Shown: positions 48,260 through 60,479 of the stretch, in pieces
Position numbering within the stretch: the stretch's first letter is position 1
Layout of the letters: each line of letters begins with the position of its first letter
Source: Pristiophorus japonicus
Lineage: Eukaryota
Assembly: GCF_044704955.1 (NCBI RefSeq)
Contig: NC_091993.1
Location: forward strand, 35,216,001 to 35,280,000
Reading direction: 5' to 3'
DNA length: 64,000 nucleotides
The notes under the pieces: generated by a model
The model's database searches: none
Seen by the model: only the letters and a program-made list of their open reading frames with translations
What the model was told of the DNA's origin: nothing
Made by a program: the position numbers and the translations under genes

Positions 48260-48698
48260 GATGGTGTCTGGGATGGGGGCCGATTGTGTCTGGTGTTGGG
48301 GGCATGGTGTCTGGTGTTGGGGGCATGGTGTCTGGTGTTGGGGGCATAGTGTCTGGTGTTGGGGGCCGATAGTGTCTGGGATGGGGCCAATGGTTTCTGG
48401 TGTTGGGGGCCGATGGTTTCTGGTGTTGGGGGCCGATGGTTTCTGGTGTTGGGGGCCGATGGTGTCTGGTGTTGGGGGCCGATGGTGTCTGGTGTTGGGG
48501 GCCGATGGTGTCTGGTGTTGGGGGCCGATGGTGTCTGGTGTTGGGGGCCGATGGTGTCTGGTGTTGGGGGCCGATGGTGTCTGGTGTTGGGGGCCGATGG
48601 TGTCTGGTGTTGGGGGCCGATGTTGTCTGGTGTTGGGGGCCGATGGTGTCTGGTGTTGGGGGCCGATGGTGTCTGGGATGGGGTCCGATGGTGTCTGG
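48260..48698. repeat. 23-bp minisatellite gatggtgtctggtgttgggggcc (~19 units)
   Basis: Direct tandem repeats; lies in the probable ARPIN 3' UTR. Confidence 0.93.
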
Positions 48699-49609
48699 CG
48701 TGCCAATGTTCTGTGCCTACAATGATATGATTTGGGTTCCTACTTGTGAGTCTCCGCAATTTGATTCCCAATCTGTGAATGTTTGTAGCAGTGACCCCCG
48801 GGGTTACTCTTGTACATTTCTAGCACTTGGTGAAGGTGTAGGAATGGACTGTCTGTCTTGACTGAGGGTGGGCAGTCTAGGAGAAGAGCATAACATTACA
48901 AAAAGAGACTTAAACAAATTGAATGGGAAGAAAACAAAATGGCGCAGGTCATTTCAGCTGAAAACCTGTCTCTTAGAGATCACTTTCATGTAAAATATTT
49001 TGATTCAGGCCTAAATCTTGCGCGGCAACTGAAAAGCTTTTCCCGGCTCCTATTAAACACGTGTATTTGAAGCTTGTTACAGATGTACAACTGACTGCGT
49101 GCTGTGCAATTCCGGCATAAATTGGTCAGTGTCGGGCTCAGAGACTGAGGTGTGAAGGAAGATTGATGAGAAGAAATGTAACCAAGATACATTTCCTATC
49201 ATGCTTCAATGCTGTGCTTCCAACCGTCCCCACGTGCAGCTCAGCACAACGTGCTGCCCGTTACAATTCCCGCCAGTAATCCAGCTGACTTTTGAAACTG
49301 CAAACTTCTGTACTTTTAAATGTTTACACGGATTTAATTTTTATTAATGTATTAGTGCAGAGCTTCATTCTGACTCCTTCTCCTGTGTCTCTAGTCCCAG
49401 GACAGATTGCTTTTCATGATGCTGATGATTTCAAATGAACAAACTATCAGTTGCACAAAAACTCTCCTTGTTTTTGAGATTTACGTTTTTTGTATTCTGC
49501 TGCTAACAAAGCTCATTTACTTGTGAAGAATATGTTCCAACTTTTACTCTTTAACTTTTATGGAAATTTTGTTGATTTGGTTAAACAAAACTCCATAATT
49601 CTTTTCTTA

Positions 49610-49615
49610 AATAAA
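49610..49615 (+). terminator. Probable ARPIN poly(A) signal
   Basis: AATAAA followed by a GT-rich downstream element (ctgtgttgctgtgttgtg, about 49653-49670). Confidence 0.5.
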
Positions 49616-50607
49616 AGTTATCAAACGTTTCTGTCTCTGTCCATCGTTGAACCTGTGTTGCTGTGTTGTGCTCCTGGTGGTGTTAAACATGGCATGTGAT
49701 CAGTCTGTCATTCAGTGCCTGCAGTGAGGTGTATGTAACGGCAGAGCTTCCCCGAATGGTCATAGCAAGTTGGATTCCATCTGCGGCCTGTTTTAATTCA
49801 GAGTATAGCACGTTACTGTAATACCATTTTGATAGACACATGTAATATTGGATAAGACTACATAAACGTCAGACTTTCTCCTTACAACAATTAGGCTCCA
49901 GACTTTGTCTCACTTTTCCCAATTCAAAGTGGAGTTTTACCACCTGAGAATAGCTTTAGCTAAAGAGATCTGTGGCAGAGAACCTGCACTGAGAGATTTG
50001 GAATGGGACCAGTGGGTTTGAGTGAAACAAATGTAGTAACCAGTCTTTGACCTGAAACCCTGCCTCTCTGCAAATTACCTGATTCCAGGTAACTGTTTCA
50101 CATGATCAGCAAAAGACAAAGTTACCACGAGATGTGCCTCACGAGGATGATGCTGAATTAGACAGATCTCTTGGTACTACAGCTAGTGAACAGGTGTGAG
50201 CAGCAGTGTTACTGGTGCGGGGGTGTAAGCAAATTGTGAAAGGTGCGGGGATTAGAAGTTTGGTGTTGACAGTCAGACTGAACATTGAACATTGGTGACC
50301 ATCTCTCCCGGAACGGTGAGGGGTGAAGTGTGGAGGAAATTCCCTTTAAACCTTCCTCAATACAGTGACTGGGATCCACACTGCGGGCTGTCAACACTCC
50401 CGGATTAGCCAGGAGTCTCCCGGATTGGAGGTTGGGTCTCCCAGGCCCAGCTGTTGGCAACCCAGGAGAAAAGTGCTTTGTCTTCGCTGTTTGTGCCTGA
50501 GCGCTTTCACAGCTCGGGGCTGAGAGATGGGCCTGGTCAGATTCAGCGGAAACTTCAGGACACCAAGGCATCAGGATGGCGAATTCAGCAAGTTGTTACT
50601 CTTCATT

Positions 50608-51232
50608 GTCAGCCATAGCTCAGTGGGCAGCACTCTCATCTCTGAGTCAGAAGGTTGTGGGGTCAAATCCCACTCCAGGGACCTACCTGAGTACATAAAT
50701 CTTAGCTGACACTGCAGTGCAGTACTGAGGGAGCGCCGCACTGTCGGAGGGGCGGTGCTGAGGGAGCGCCGCACTGTCGGAGGGGCGGTGCTGAGGGAGC
50801 GCGCACTGTCGGAGGGGCGGTACTGAGGGAGCGCTGCACTGTCGGAGGGGCAGTACTGAGGGAAAGCCGCACTGTCAGAGGGGCACTGCTTAGGGAGTGC
50901 CGCACTGTCGGGGCCGTCTTTCGGATGAGACGTTAAACTGCTCTCTCAAGTGGACGTAAAAGATCCCATGGCACTATTATGAAGAAGAACGGGGGAGTTC
51001 TCTCCGTTGTCCTGGGCCAATATTATCCCTGAATCAACATCACTTGATAAAACAGATTATCTGGTCATTATCACATTGCTTTGTGTGGGAGCTTGCTGTG
51101 CGCAAATTTGCTGCCGCGTTTCCCACATTACAACATTGACCACACTCCAACAATACTTCATTGGCTGTAAAACGCTTTGGGACGACCGATGGTCGTGAAA
51201 GGCGCTATATAAATGCAAGTCTTTATTTATTT
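50608..51232 (+). mobile_element. Full-length Deu-domain tRNA SINE (SacSINE1/AmnSINE1-like) with internal 33-bp expansion
   Basis: tRNA head (tagctcagtgg, ggtcaaatcc), about 6 units at 50718-50912, Deu-like core cattgctttgtgtgggagcttgctgtgcgcaaatt, and L2-like tail aaaggcgctatataaatgcaagtc. Confidence 0.85.
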
Positions 51233-51292
51233 CAATCAACAGACTGGTGGCAGGAAATATGCAATTAGGGGAACTTTGCCGCAAGAAACACC

Positions 51293-51346
51293 GGCCGGGG
51301 GACCGGAAGCGGAGCTGCACAGGCCGGGGGACCGGAAGCGGAGCTG
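51293..51346 (+). promoter_or_regulatory. AP3S2 proximal promoter/5' UTR: duplicated 25-mer, each with an ETS/GABP CCGGAAG site
   Basis: ggccgggggaccggaagcggagctg at 51293-51317 and 51322-51346, immediately before the ATG in a CpG-rich patch. Confidence 0.65.
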
Positions 51347-51351
51347 GGACG

Positions 51352-51420
51352 ATGATTAAGGCGATTCTGGTGTTTAACAATCATGGGAAGCCGCGGCTCA
51401 GCCGCTTCTACCAGCGCTTC
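51352..51420 (+). CDS. AP3S2: AP-3 sigma subunit exon 1 MIKAILVFNNHGKPRLSRFYQRF
   Basis: ATG at 51352; donor gtgagt; 69 nt; downstream of ARPIN on the same strand, as for AP3S2. Confidence 0.93.
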
Positions 51421-51499
51421 GTGAGTACCGGGGGACCGGGAGGAAGAGGACTGAGCGCAGCAGGGACGGAGGGACGGGGGGGGCGGGGACCCAGGATGC

Positions 51500-52023
51500 A
51501 GCGATGGAGGAGCCTCTGCCCTTGACCCTGTCCGGGTGTGAGATACTTGCTGCCTGTGTGGATGAGGAAAAGCACCGCAGGGAGGATGGGCAAACTGACC
51601 ACGGCACCGTGGGACAGGAGCCATCCAAGTGGGGGAGAAGGAAGGAATGTGGTAGTGGTAGGGGACAGTATAGAGTTTAGAAGAATGAGAGGTGATCTCA
51701 TTGAAACATACACAATTCTTACAGGGCTTGACAGGGTAGATGCAGGGAGGATGTTTCCCTCTGGCTGAGAAGTCTAGAACTAGGGGTCACAGTCTCAGGA
51801 TAAGGGGTCGGCCATTTAGGACTGAGATGAGGAGAAAACTTATTTGGAATTCACTGCCCCAGAGGGCTGCGGAGGCTCAGTAGTTGAGTATATTCAAGAC
51901 AGAGATCAATAGAAGTTTGGATATTAAGGAAATCAGGCGATATGGGGACAATGCATGAAAGTGGAGTTGAGGTCGCAGATCCGCCATGATCATATTGAAT
52001 GGCAGAGCAGGCTCGAGTTGCAA
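51500..52023 (+). mobile_element. Deletion-derivative CR1: ORF1 piece fused to the ORF2 3' end
   Basis: ...RNVVVVGDSI joined in frame to EFRRMRGDLIETY at about 51670. Confidence 0.75.
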
Positions 52024-52520
52024 ATGGCCAACTCCTGCTATTTCAAAGTGTCTGTGCTGGCTCTTTGACAGAGCTATCCAGGTCTCTGTCCCCTGCTCTT
52101 TTCCCCCACAGCCCAGCAAGTTTATCCAACAAGTAGTTCACCAGTTCCCTTTTGAAAGTTACTATTAAATCTGCTTCCACCGCCCTTTCAGGCAGCGCGT
52201 TCCCGACAATACCAAGTCGCTGCGTAAAAACATTTCTCCATCCCACCTTTGGTTCTTTTGCTAATCACCTTAAATCTGTGTCCTCTGGTTACTGCCCCTC
52301 CTGTCATTGGAAACTGTTTCTCTTTATTTACTCTCTCAAAACATACAATGCAACAATGACTGCCCTCCACTTGCTGTAAAGCGCTTTGAGACGTCTAGTG
52401 GCCATGAAATGCGCTATATAAATCCAAGTCTTGCTTTCTTTCTTTCATGACTTTGAATACTTCTGTCAAATCTCCTCGTGTAACTCTGAAAATTGATGTG
52501 TATTTGTTTTGAATCTTCAG

Positions 52521-52612
52521 TCGGAGGACATGCAACAGCAGATCATCCGAGAAACTTTCCATCTGGTGTCCAGGCGAGATGAAAATGTCTGCAACTTTTT
52601 GGAAGGCGGCAG
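52521..52612 (+). CDS. AP3S2: AP3S2 exon 2 SEDMQQQIIRETFHLVSRRDENVCNFLEGG(S)
   Basis: tcttcag acceptor, AG|gtgagt donor; 92 nt. Confidence 0.95.
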
Positions 52613-52724
52613 GTGAGTGGGCAGATTGTGGTGAACGATGAGATTCTCCGAGAAGGTGACTGTGTGGGCAGACTGTTGTAGCCCGGCTCCTGCGGCTGTG
52701 GGACAGCTGCCACAAACTATTAAG

Positions 52725-54538
52725 AGTTTTTTGAGGGTATAACTAGCAGGGTGGATAGGGGGAACCAATGGATGTAGTATATTTGGATTTTCGGAAGGCA
52801 TTCGATAAGGAGACACACAAGACGATTAGGGCTCATGGGATTGGGGGTAATAAGAACACCATAAATAGGAGAAGGAGTCGGCCATTCGGCCCCTCGAACC
52901 TGCTCTGTCATTTAATAAGATCATGGCTGATCTGATCCTGGCCTCAACTCCACTTCCCTGCCCACTCCCTATAACCCTCGACTCCCTTGTCATTCAAAAA
53001 TCTGTCCAGCTCCACCTTAAATATATTCAATGTCCCAGCCTCCACTGCTCGCTGAAGTAGAGAATTCCAAAGATTTACAACCCTCAGAGAAGAACTTCCT
53101 CCTGATTTTTGTTTTAAATGGGCGACCCCTTATTAAATTATGCCCCCTAGTTCTAGATTCCCCCTCTCTGCATCTACCCTGTCGCACCCCCTCAGAATCT
53201 TATATGTTTCGATAAGATCCCCTCTCATTCTTCTAAACTCCAATGAATATAGGCCCAACCTGCTCAACCTTTCTTCGTAAGACAGCCCCTTCATCTCAGG
53301 AATCAATCTCATGGACCTTCTCTGAACTGCTCCAATGCAAGTATATCCTTCCTTAAATACGGAAACCAAAACTGTACGCAGTACTCCAGATGTTGCCTCG
53401 CCAACGCCCTGTACAGTTGTAGCAGAACTTCCCTACTTTTATACTCCACCCCTCTTGCAATAAAGTAATATACTAGCATGGATTGAAGATTGGTTAAAGG
53501 ACAGAAAACAGAGAGTCATTTTCAGGTTGGCAGAGTGTAACCAGTGAGGTGCCGCAGGGATCAGTGCTGGGGCCTCAGCATTTTACAATCTGTATTAATG
53601 ACTTGGATGAAGGGACCGAGTATAATGTAGCCAAGTTTGCCGACGATACAAAGCTCGGTGGGAAAATGAGCTGTGAGGAAGACACAAAGAGGCTGCAAAG
53701 GCATATAGACAGGTTCAGTGATTGGACAAGAAGGTGGCAGATGGGATATAATGTGGTGAAGTGTGAAATTACCCACTTTGGTGGGAAGAATGGAAAAGAA
53801 AAATATTTCTTAAAAGGTGAGCGACTAGTAAATGTTGGTGTTCAGAGGGACCTGGGTGTCCTTGTACACAAATCACAGAGTTAACGTGCAGGTACAGCAA
53901 GCAATTAGGAAATCAAATGGTATTTTAGCCTTTATTGCTGGGGGTTGCAGTATAAGAGTAAGGAAGTCTTGCTACAGTTGTACAGGGCCTTGATGCGAGC
54001 ACACCTGGAGTACTGTCGCAGTGTTGATATTTGTACCTAAGGAAGGATATGCTAGTGGGGGTGCAATGAAGGTTCACCAGATTGATTCCTGGGATGAGAG
54101 GGTTTACCTATGAAGATAGATTGGGCCTATATTCTCTGGAGTTTAGAAGAGCAAGAGGTGATCTAATTAAAATGTACAAGATTCTGAGGGGGCTTGACAG
54201 GGTAGAGGCTGAGAGGCTGTTTCCCCTGGTTGGAGTGTCTAGAACCAGGGGGCATAGTCTTACAATAAGGGGTCGGCCATTTAGGTTGAGATGAGAAATT
54301 TCTTCACTGAGAGGGTGGTGAATCTTTGGCATTCTCTGCCTCAGAGGGCTGTGGATGCTAAGTCTTTGAGTATATTCAAGGCTGAGATCGTTAGATTTTT
54401 GGGCACTAAGTGAATCAAAGGATATGGAGATTGGGTAGGAAAGTTGAGTTGAGGTCGATGAATAGCCATGATCTCATTGAATGGTCGAGCAGGCTCGAGG
54501 GGCCAAAAGGCCGACTCCTGCTCCTAATTCTTATGCTT
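52725..54538 (+). mobile_element. CR1 RT/3' region interrupted by an antisense CR1 at 52853-53464
   Basis: RT motifs on plus at 52725-52852 and 53465-54538; minus CR1 3' end between them, flanked by gtaata duplicates. Confidence 0.85.
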
Positions 54539-55087
54539 TTGAGTCTTTCTGGCTTCAGGGCCGAAAGGTTGAGTGTGAGTCTCTACCAGGAATCTAGGCT
54601 GACTCTGCAGCTCTGAGGGAGCGCTGCCTTGTCAGAGGTCTTTACATCTGTCGTTAAACTCAGGTCTGTTTACCTGTTCAGGTGGGAGCAGTAGGATTGA
54701 TATTCGAAAGATGGAATCGGATGCCTTGGCATGAACCCATTGTGTGACCGCGAGGGATTGAATTGAGGGGTGTGGTGATAATGGTTCATATGTGAGAAGG
54801 TGCATATCTTGACATGATAGTTGTGGAGCTGAATTAATATCGGCTCATTGAATCCAGTTAACAATCAATTCATTTCAACAGTAAATGTTAATTCAGCTCC
54901 CTGGCAGTGTTGAAGTCACTAATTATTTTATATAGATAGTAAAATCATCAAATCATACCCAGGGTGGATTTCCTGTGATTTGCCATTAAATTATTGTTAT
55001 CCTTGTGTCGTTTGCAACATCACCATATTCAGTGGTTGCCCCTCCACTACAGACCTTCCCATCTACAATTCACAAAATAAAAACAAA

Positions 55088-55375
55088 TAAAGTCTTGCAT
55101 TTATATAGTGCCTTTCATGACCACTAGACGTTCCAAAACACTTTACAGCCAATGAAGTACTTTTGAAGTGTAGTTACTGTTGCAATGTGGGAAAAACTAC
55201 AGCCAATTTGCGCACAGCAAGCTCCCATAAACAGTAATGTGATAATGACCAGATAACCTGATTTTATTATGTTGATTGAGGGATAAATATTGGTCAGGAT
55301 ACCGAGAATAACTCCCCTGCTGTTCTTCAAAATAGTGCCGTGGAATCTTTTATGTGCACCTGGGAGAGCAGACGG
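55088..55375 (-). mobile_element. Deu-domain SINE 3' half
   Basis: Reverse complement of the core and tail of 50950-51230. Confidence 0.82.
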
Positions 55376-55719
55376 ATAATATGCCTGAAAGGGCAGTGGG
55401 AGCAGATTAAATATTAATTTTCAAAAAGGAATTCGATAAATACTTGAGAGGAAAAAAATTGTAGGGGTGTGGAGGGGAGGGAGGGGGAAGGGGGGCGGGG
55501 AGAAGAGAAGGAGGGAAGAGAAGGAGGAGGAGGAGAGGAGGGAGAGTGGGACTAATTGGAGCCCTCTCAAACAGCTGGCACAGACACGATGGGCCGAATG
55601 ATCTCCCGAGCTGCATGATTCTAGTCAAAGTCCTTTCCTTTATTGTTTGCTGTTCAGCCAAAGCAGAATTATAGTTCGTAGAATCGCCGATTGTAACCTG
55701 GTTCTGGTCAATGTGGCTC

Positions 55720-56510
55720 AGGACAATGTGGACCATTTCCCATATCTTGAGAGCCTCTTATCAATAAAGGCAGACATTGATGCAGAGATTCAGTATCGCC
55801 TCCAGTGCGCCAGCGCAGCCTTCGGCCGCCTGCGGAAAAGAGTGTTTGAAGGCCAGGCCCTCAAATCTACCACCAAACTCATGGTCTACAGGGCTGTAGT
55901 AATACCCGTCCTCCTGTATGGATCTGAGGCATGGACGATGTGCAGAAGGCACCTCAAGTCGCTGGAAATATATCACCAACAATGTCTCCACAAAATCTTG
56001 CAAATCTCCTGGGAGGACAGGCGCACCAACATCCCCAGTATTGAAGCGCTGACCATACTCGATCAGCTTCGCTGGGCAGGCCACATAGTACGCATGCCAG
56101 ATACGAGACTCCCTAAGCAAATGCTTTATGCGGAGCTCCTTCATGGTAAACGAGCCAAAGGAGGACAGTGGAAACGTTATAAGGACACCCTCAAAGCCCC
56201 CCTGGTAAAATGCGACATCACCACAGACACCTGGGAGACCCTGGCCGCAGACCGCCCAAGGTGGAGAAAGTCCATCCGGGAGGGCGTTGAGCTCTTTGAG
56301 TCTCAACGCAAGGAGCGTGAAGAGGCCAGGCGCAGGCAGCGGAAGGAGCGCGCGGCAAATCAGCCCCACCGACCCCTTCCCCCGACGAATGTCTGTCCCA
56401 CCTGTAACAGGGTCTGTGGCTCTCGTATTGGACTGTTCAGCCATCAAAGAACTCACTTTGGGAGCGGAAGCAAGTCTTCCTCGATTCCGAGGGACTGCCT
56501 ACGATGATGG
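55720..56510 (+). mobile_element. RTE-clade LINE 3' fragment
   Basis: FPYLESLL, ASAAFGRL, LLYGSEAWT, LRWAGHIVRM, RLPKQMLYAEL; terminal C2H2 CPTC...HQRTH; (GAT)n tail. Confidence 0.92.
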
Positions 56511-56824
56511 TTCTGGTTAATAGCCTGGCTTCGATTCCAACTGGTTTTAATTCAAAGTAGCAAATGACAAAACGTAGGAGTACGGCTACTGGATTAATGT
56601 GGTCTTCATTACGCGTAGGAAGGAGAGGACTGGACCGGGTGATCCGCGAGCCTTCCTTTAGGAACATTTTCTCGATGTTCAATATTCTGAAGGGTTTTGA
56701 TGGAGTAAACAAGTTTCCACTGGCAGAGAGTCGATAACCAGAGGAGATAGATTTACAATAATCGAGCTTACAGCCAGCCGGGTTAAATGGGTGAAGCTGG
56801 GCAGCGTGGTATTATCAATGGGCC

Positions 56825-56839
56825 ACACACACACACACA

Positions 56840-56879
<40 letters not shown>
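56825..56879. repeat. (CA)n microsatellite
   Basis: Direct observation. Confidence 0.95.
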
Positions 56880-56884
<5 letters not shown>

Positions 56885-56949
56885 TTAAAGGGGGTATTGA
56901 CCAGAAATACACACAGCCTGGTCCAATCAGCACAATCCACACATTCCAA

Positions 56950-57919
56950 TATTCATTAATGATTTAGACAAAGGAATTGAGTGCAATACCTCTAAGTTTG
57001 CAGATGACACTAAGCTGGGTGGCGGTGTGAGCTGTGAGGAGGATGCTAAGAAGCTGCAGGGTGACTTGGTTAGGTGAGTGGGCAAATGCATGGCAGATAC
57101 AGTATAATGTGGATAAATGTGAGGTTATCCACTTTGGTGGCAAAAACACAAAGGCAGAATATTATCTGAATGGCAGCAGATTAGGAAAAAGGGAGGTGCA
57201 ATGAGACCTGGGTGTCATGGTATATCAGTCATTGAAAGTTGGCATGCAGGTACAGCAGATGACGAAGAAGGCGAATGGTATGTTGGCCTTCATAGCTAGG
57301 GGATTTGAGTATAGGAGCAGGGAGGTCTTACTGAAGTTGTACAGGGCCTTGGTGAGGCCTCACCTGGAATATTGTGTTTAGTTTTGGTCTCCTAATCTGA
57401 GGAAGGACGTTCTTGCTATTGAGGGAGTAGAGAGAAGGTTCACCAGACTGATTCCCGGGATGGCAGGACTGACCTATGAGGAGAGACTAGATCAACTGGG
57501 CCTGTATTCACTGGCGTTTAGAAGGATGAGAGGAGATCTCATAGAAACATAAAATTCTGATGGAACTGGACAGCTTAGATGCAGGAAGAATGTTCCCGAT
57601 GTTGGGGAAGTCCAGAACCAGGGGACACAGTCTTGGAAAAAGGGGTAGGCCATTTAGTACGGAGATGCGGAGAAACTTCTTCACTCAGAGAGTTGTTAAC
57701 CTGTGGAATTCCCTGCCGCAGAGAGATGTTGATGCCAGTTCCTTGGATATATTCAAGAGGGAGTTAGTTATGGCCCTTATGGCTAAAGGGATCAAGAGGT
57801 ATGGAGAGAAAGCAGGAATGGGGTACTGAGGGAATGATCAGCCATGATCTTATTGAATGGTGGTGCAGGCTCGAAGGGCTGAATGGCCTACTCCTGCACC
57901 GATTTTCTATGTTTCTATG
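56950..57919 (+). mobile_element. CR1 RT/3' fragment
   Basis: aagtttgcagatgacactaag (KFADDTK) through to tail ttttctatgtttctatg. Confidence 0.9.
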
Positions 57920-58258
57920 CCCTTGTTTCTGAGCAGGTCCTGATCTCCAGTGTTTTAGCTGACGTTTGTTCCGGCTTCCATAACGGAATACAGTTTACTG
58001 ACTTTGTTGTTCTATACTCAATAACCGCTAACTACGTTTGTCAGTTAGTTCTAAAGTACCATTGCCAAGCCTTCGAGCAAATTAACCCATTGTACGCGGT
58101 GACTGGGAGACGCGGCCCAATACCCACCCACTTCTACACACAGTGACTGGGAGACACACCCTCAGTACCCACCTCCTTCTATAAGCAGTTGTCAGTCACA
58201 CTCGGGAACCTATCCTGCTCCCTTTTGTATGTTTCTAATAGCTTGTGATTTGTTGCAG

Positions 58259-58370
58259 TTTGATTGGAGGGTCGGACTACAAGCTGATCTATCGCCACTA
58301 CGCTACTCTCTACTTCCTGTTCTGTGTTGACTCGTCTGAGAGTGAGTTGGGAATTCTGGATCTGATACAG
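58259..58370 (+). CDS. AP3S2: AP3S2 exon 3 LIGGSDYKLIYRHYATLYFLFCVDSSESELGILDLIQ
   Basis: tgttgcag acceptor, CAG|gtttgt donor; 112 nt; YRHYATLYF sigma-adaptin motif. Confidence 0.96.
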
Positions 58371-59944
58371 GTTTGTGGGATGATTCCAGTCCTGCAGGAT
58401 AACTCCATTAGTCTTGTCGGAATGACTGAGGATCACAGCAGCTTGTCTCCAAGGTCAGGGCCACTAAACATACTGTACTAGAAACGAGGTTCACTCAGAA
58501 TTACCCAACAGACTTCACTGGAGATTCCTATAAACATGCTGTGATCCAGCCTGTTTCATGGTGTTCCTCACTGTGTTGGGGAGTTCCACTGGGAGGGGAG
58601 GGAGAGCCATATAAAGGCTTTAACGGAGGCAATCTCACATCTGTTCTGTTTTATTCCCTCTGCAGAGTAACTGCACTTGGTGCAAAGTGAAGTTGAAGAA
58701 GTTAACTTGTACTTATTTTTAAAACTATTCAAGAGCTTTTTGGATTGGCATACATTAAAATGGAACCAGTGTTTATACAGTGAATGGAGCCCTGAACCCC
58801 CTGGCCAGAGAGTGAGCTGGTGTCAACACTGTAACTTGGTCTTCCAAACTCCTGCTGCTGTCACTGGAGATTGGCCCACAGCTATAATCGTGGCTTGTCT
58901 GTCGCGACACACAACATCAACTTGCATCTCAACGTCTTTTAATGTAGAAAAACTCCGTACACTGTTTCAGCGAGGTGTAATCAAAACATTGGACACCCGC
59001 AAAGGGGCCGGCATTTGGAGGGGTGTCCAAAGTCTTGATCAAAGAGGTTGGTTTTCAGGATGGTTTTAAAGTAGGAGGGGGAAACGGGTTTAGGGAAGGA
59101 GTTGCAGAGTGTGGGGCTAGGCAGCTGAAGGCCTGGTTGCCAATGGTGGGGTGAAGGGAGCTGGCCCGAGGGACGGAGAGCTCAGGAATAGGGGTCATGT
59201 CATTGCCCACTGGACCATTGCACCCCACATGGTTCCTTGGCTTCTCTGCTGCAGTCGGGATTAAATAGAGCTGGGAAAATAATGAACAATATTTTCTTTC
59301 TTGTGTATTAAATTGCTTAGAACGGGAAACTTCAATATTAGCTGTTCTGTGTAGCAAAAAATTTATTTTTATCAAGCACCGGCTATCCTTAGTCACTGAT
59401 AAATACGAGATTTATGGTGTCTATTATCTCCTAATATTTGCAAGGAAACAAAATGCTGAACGTCATTAACAGATTCAGCCTGTGGTGTAATCCTGACCTC
59501 TATCTCGATCGCTCCAATCTTTCAGCATAATAAAGATTTGCATATTAATCTGTCCCTTTTGCTGTCTAAAGAAGTCAATGGTCGTGAGTTCCATTCTTTC
59601 AATTGTTCATATCAGTTGCAATGGCTTTAATGATTAGACACACTGTCCAAGTGAACAGCCTCTCGCATACCTGGACAATTAGATTGCTGTTCAACACATT
59701 CTGCAATCTAGTTTGGTGCAGTATTAATGGAAATAGACATTGTTTAAAACAAAAAGGCCTTTACACACAGTGAGCCCATCTGATTATGATATCTCTTCAC
59801 CTTCTCCCCATATCCCTCAACCCCTTCCAACTTTCTGATCGCCTTTTTGTCTTCCTGTAATCTTTTGTCGGACCATTGTTTGCAGAAGGCAGAGTTAGAG
59901 ATTGTGCTCTTGCTGCCCAATTCTTAGTGTTCACTATCAGCGCA

Positions 59945-60360
59945 ACCCTGACCCTGACCCCTGGTGTACACCTTCTAGTGGATGGGGCCCTGACCCCTGG
60001 TGTACACCTTCTAGTGGATGGGCCCTGACCCCTGGTGTACACCTAGTGGATGGGGCCCTGACCCCTGGTTTACACCTTCTAGTGGATGGGCCCTGACCCC
60101 TGGTGTACACCTTCTAGTGGATGGGGCCCTGACCCCTGGTGCACACCTTCTAGTGGATGGGGCCCTGACCCCTGGTGTACACCTTCTAGTGGATGGGGCC
60201 CTGACCCCTGGTGTACACCTTCTAGTGGATGGGCCCTGACCCCTGGTGTACACCTTCTAGTGGATGGGGCCCTGACCCCTGGTGTACACCTTCTAGTGGA
60301 TGGGGCCCTGACCCCTGGTGTACACCTTCTAGTGGATGGGCCCTAACCCCTGGTGTACAT
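59945..60360. repeat. 35/36-bp minisatellite ccctgacccctggtgtacaccttctagtggatggg(g) (~12 units)
   Basis: Direct tandem repeats. Confidence 0.93.
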
Positions 60361-60479
60361 TTTCAAGCCTTCTCCAATTCGAGCAACACCTTTGTGCAAT
60401 GAAGTGATAGCAGTCTCAGACTTGAGTTTTGCAATAACCTGTCATGATCTCCCTCAAAGACAATCTGTTGTTGTGAATA

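Noticed and set aside
50383-50465. Possible hAT-type MITE ends (gggctgtcaac...gttggcaaccc)
   Set aside because: Inverted repeat too short and degenerate, and no TSD identified.
50608-50690. tRNA gene
   Set aside because: A/B boxes belong to a SINE head; no complete cloverleaf.
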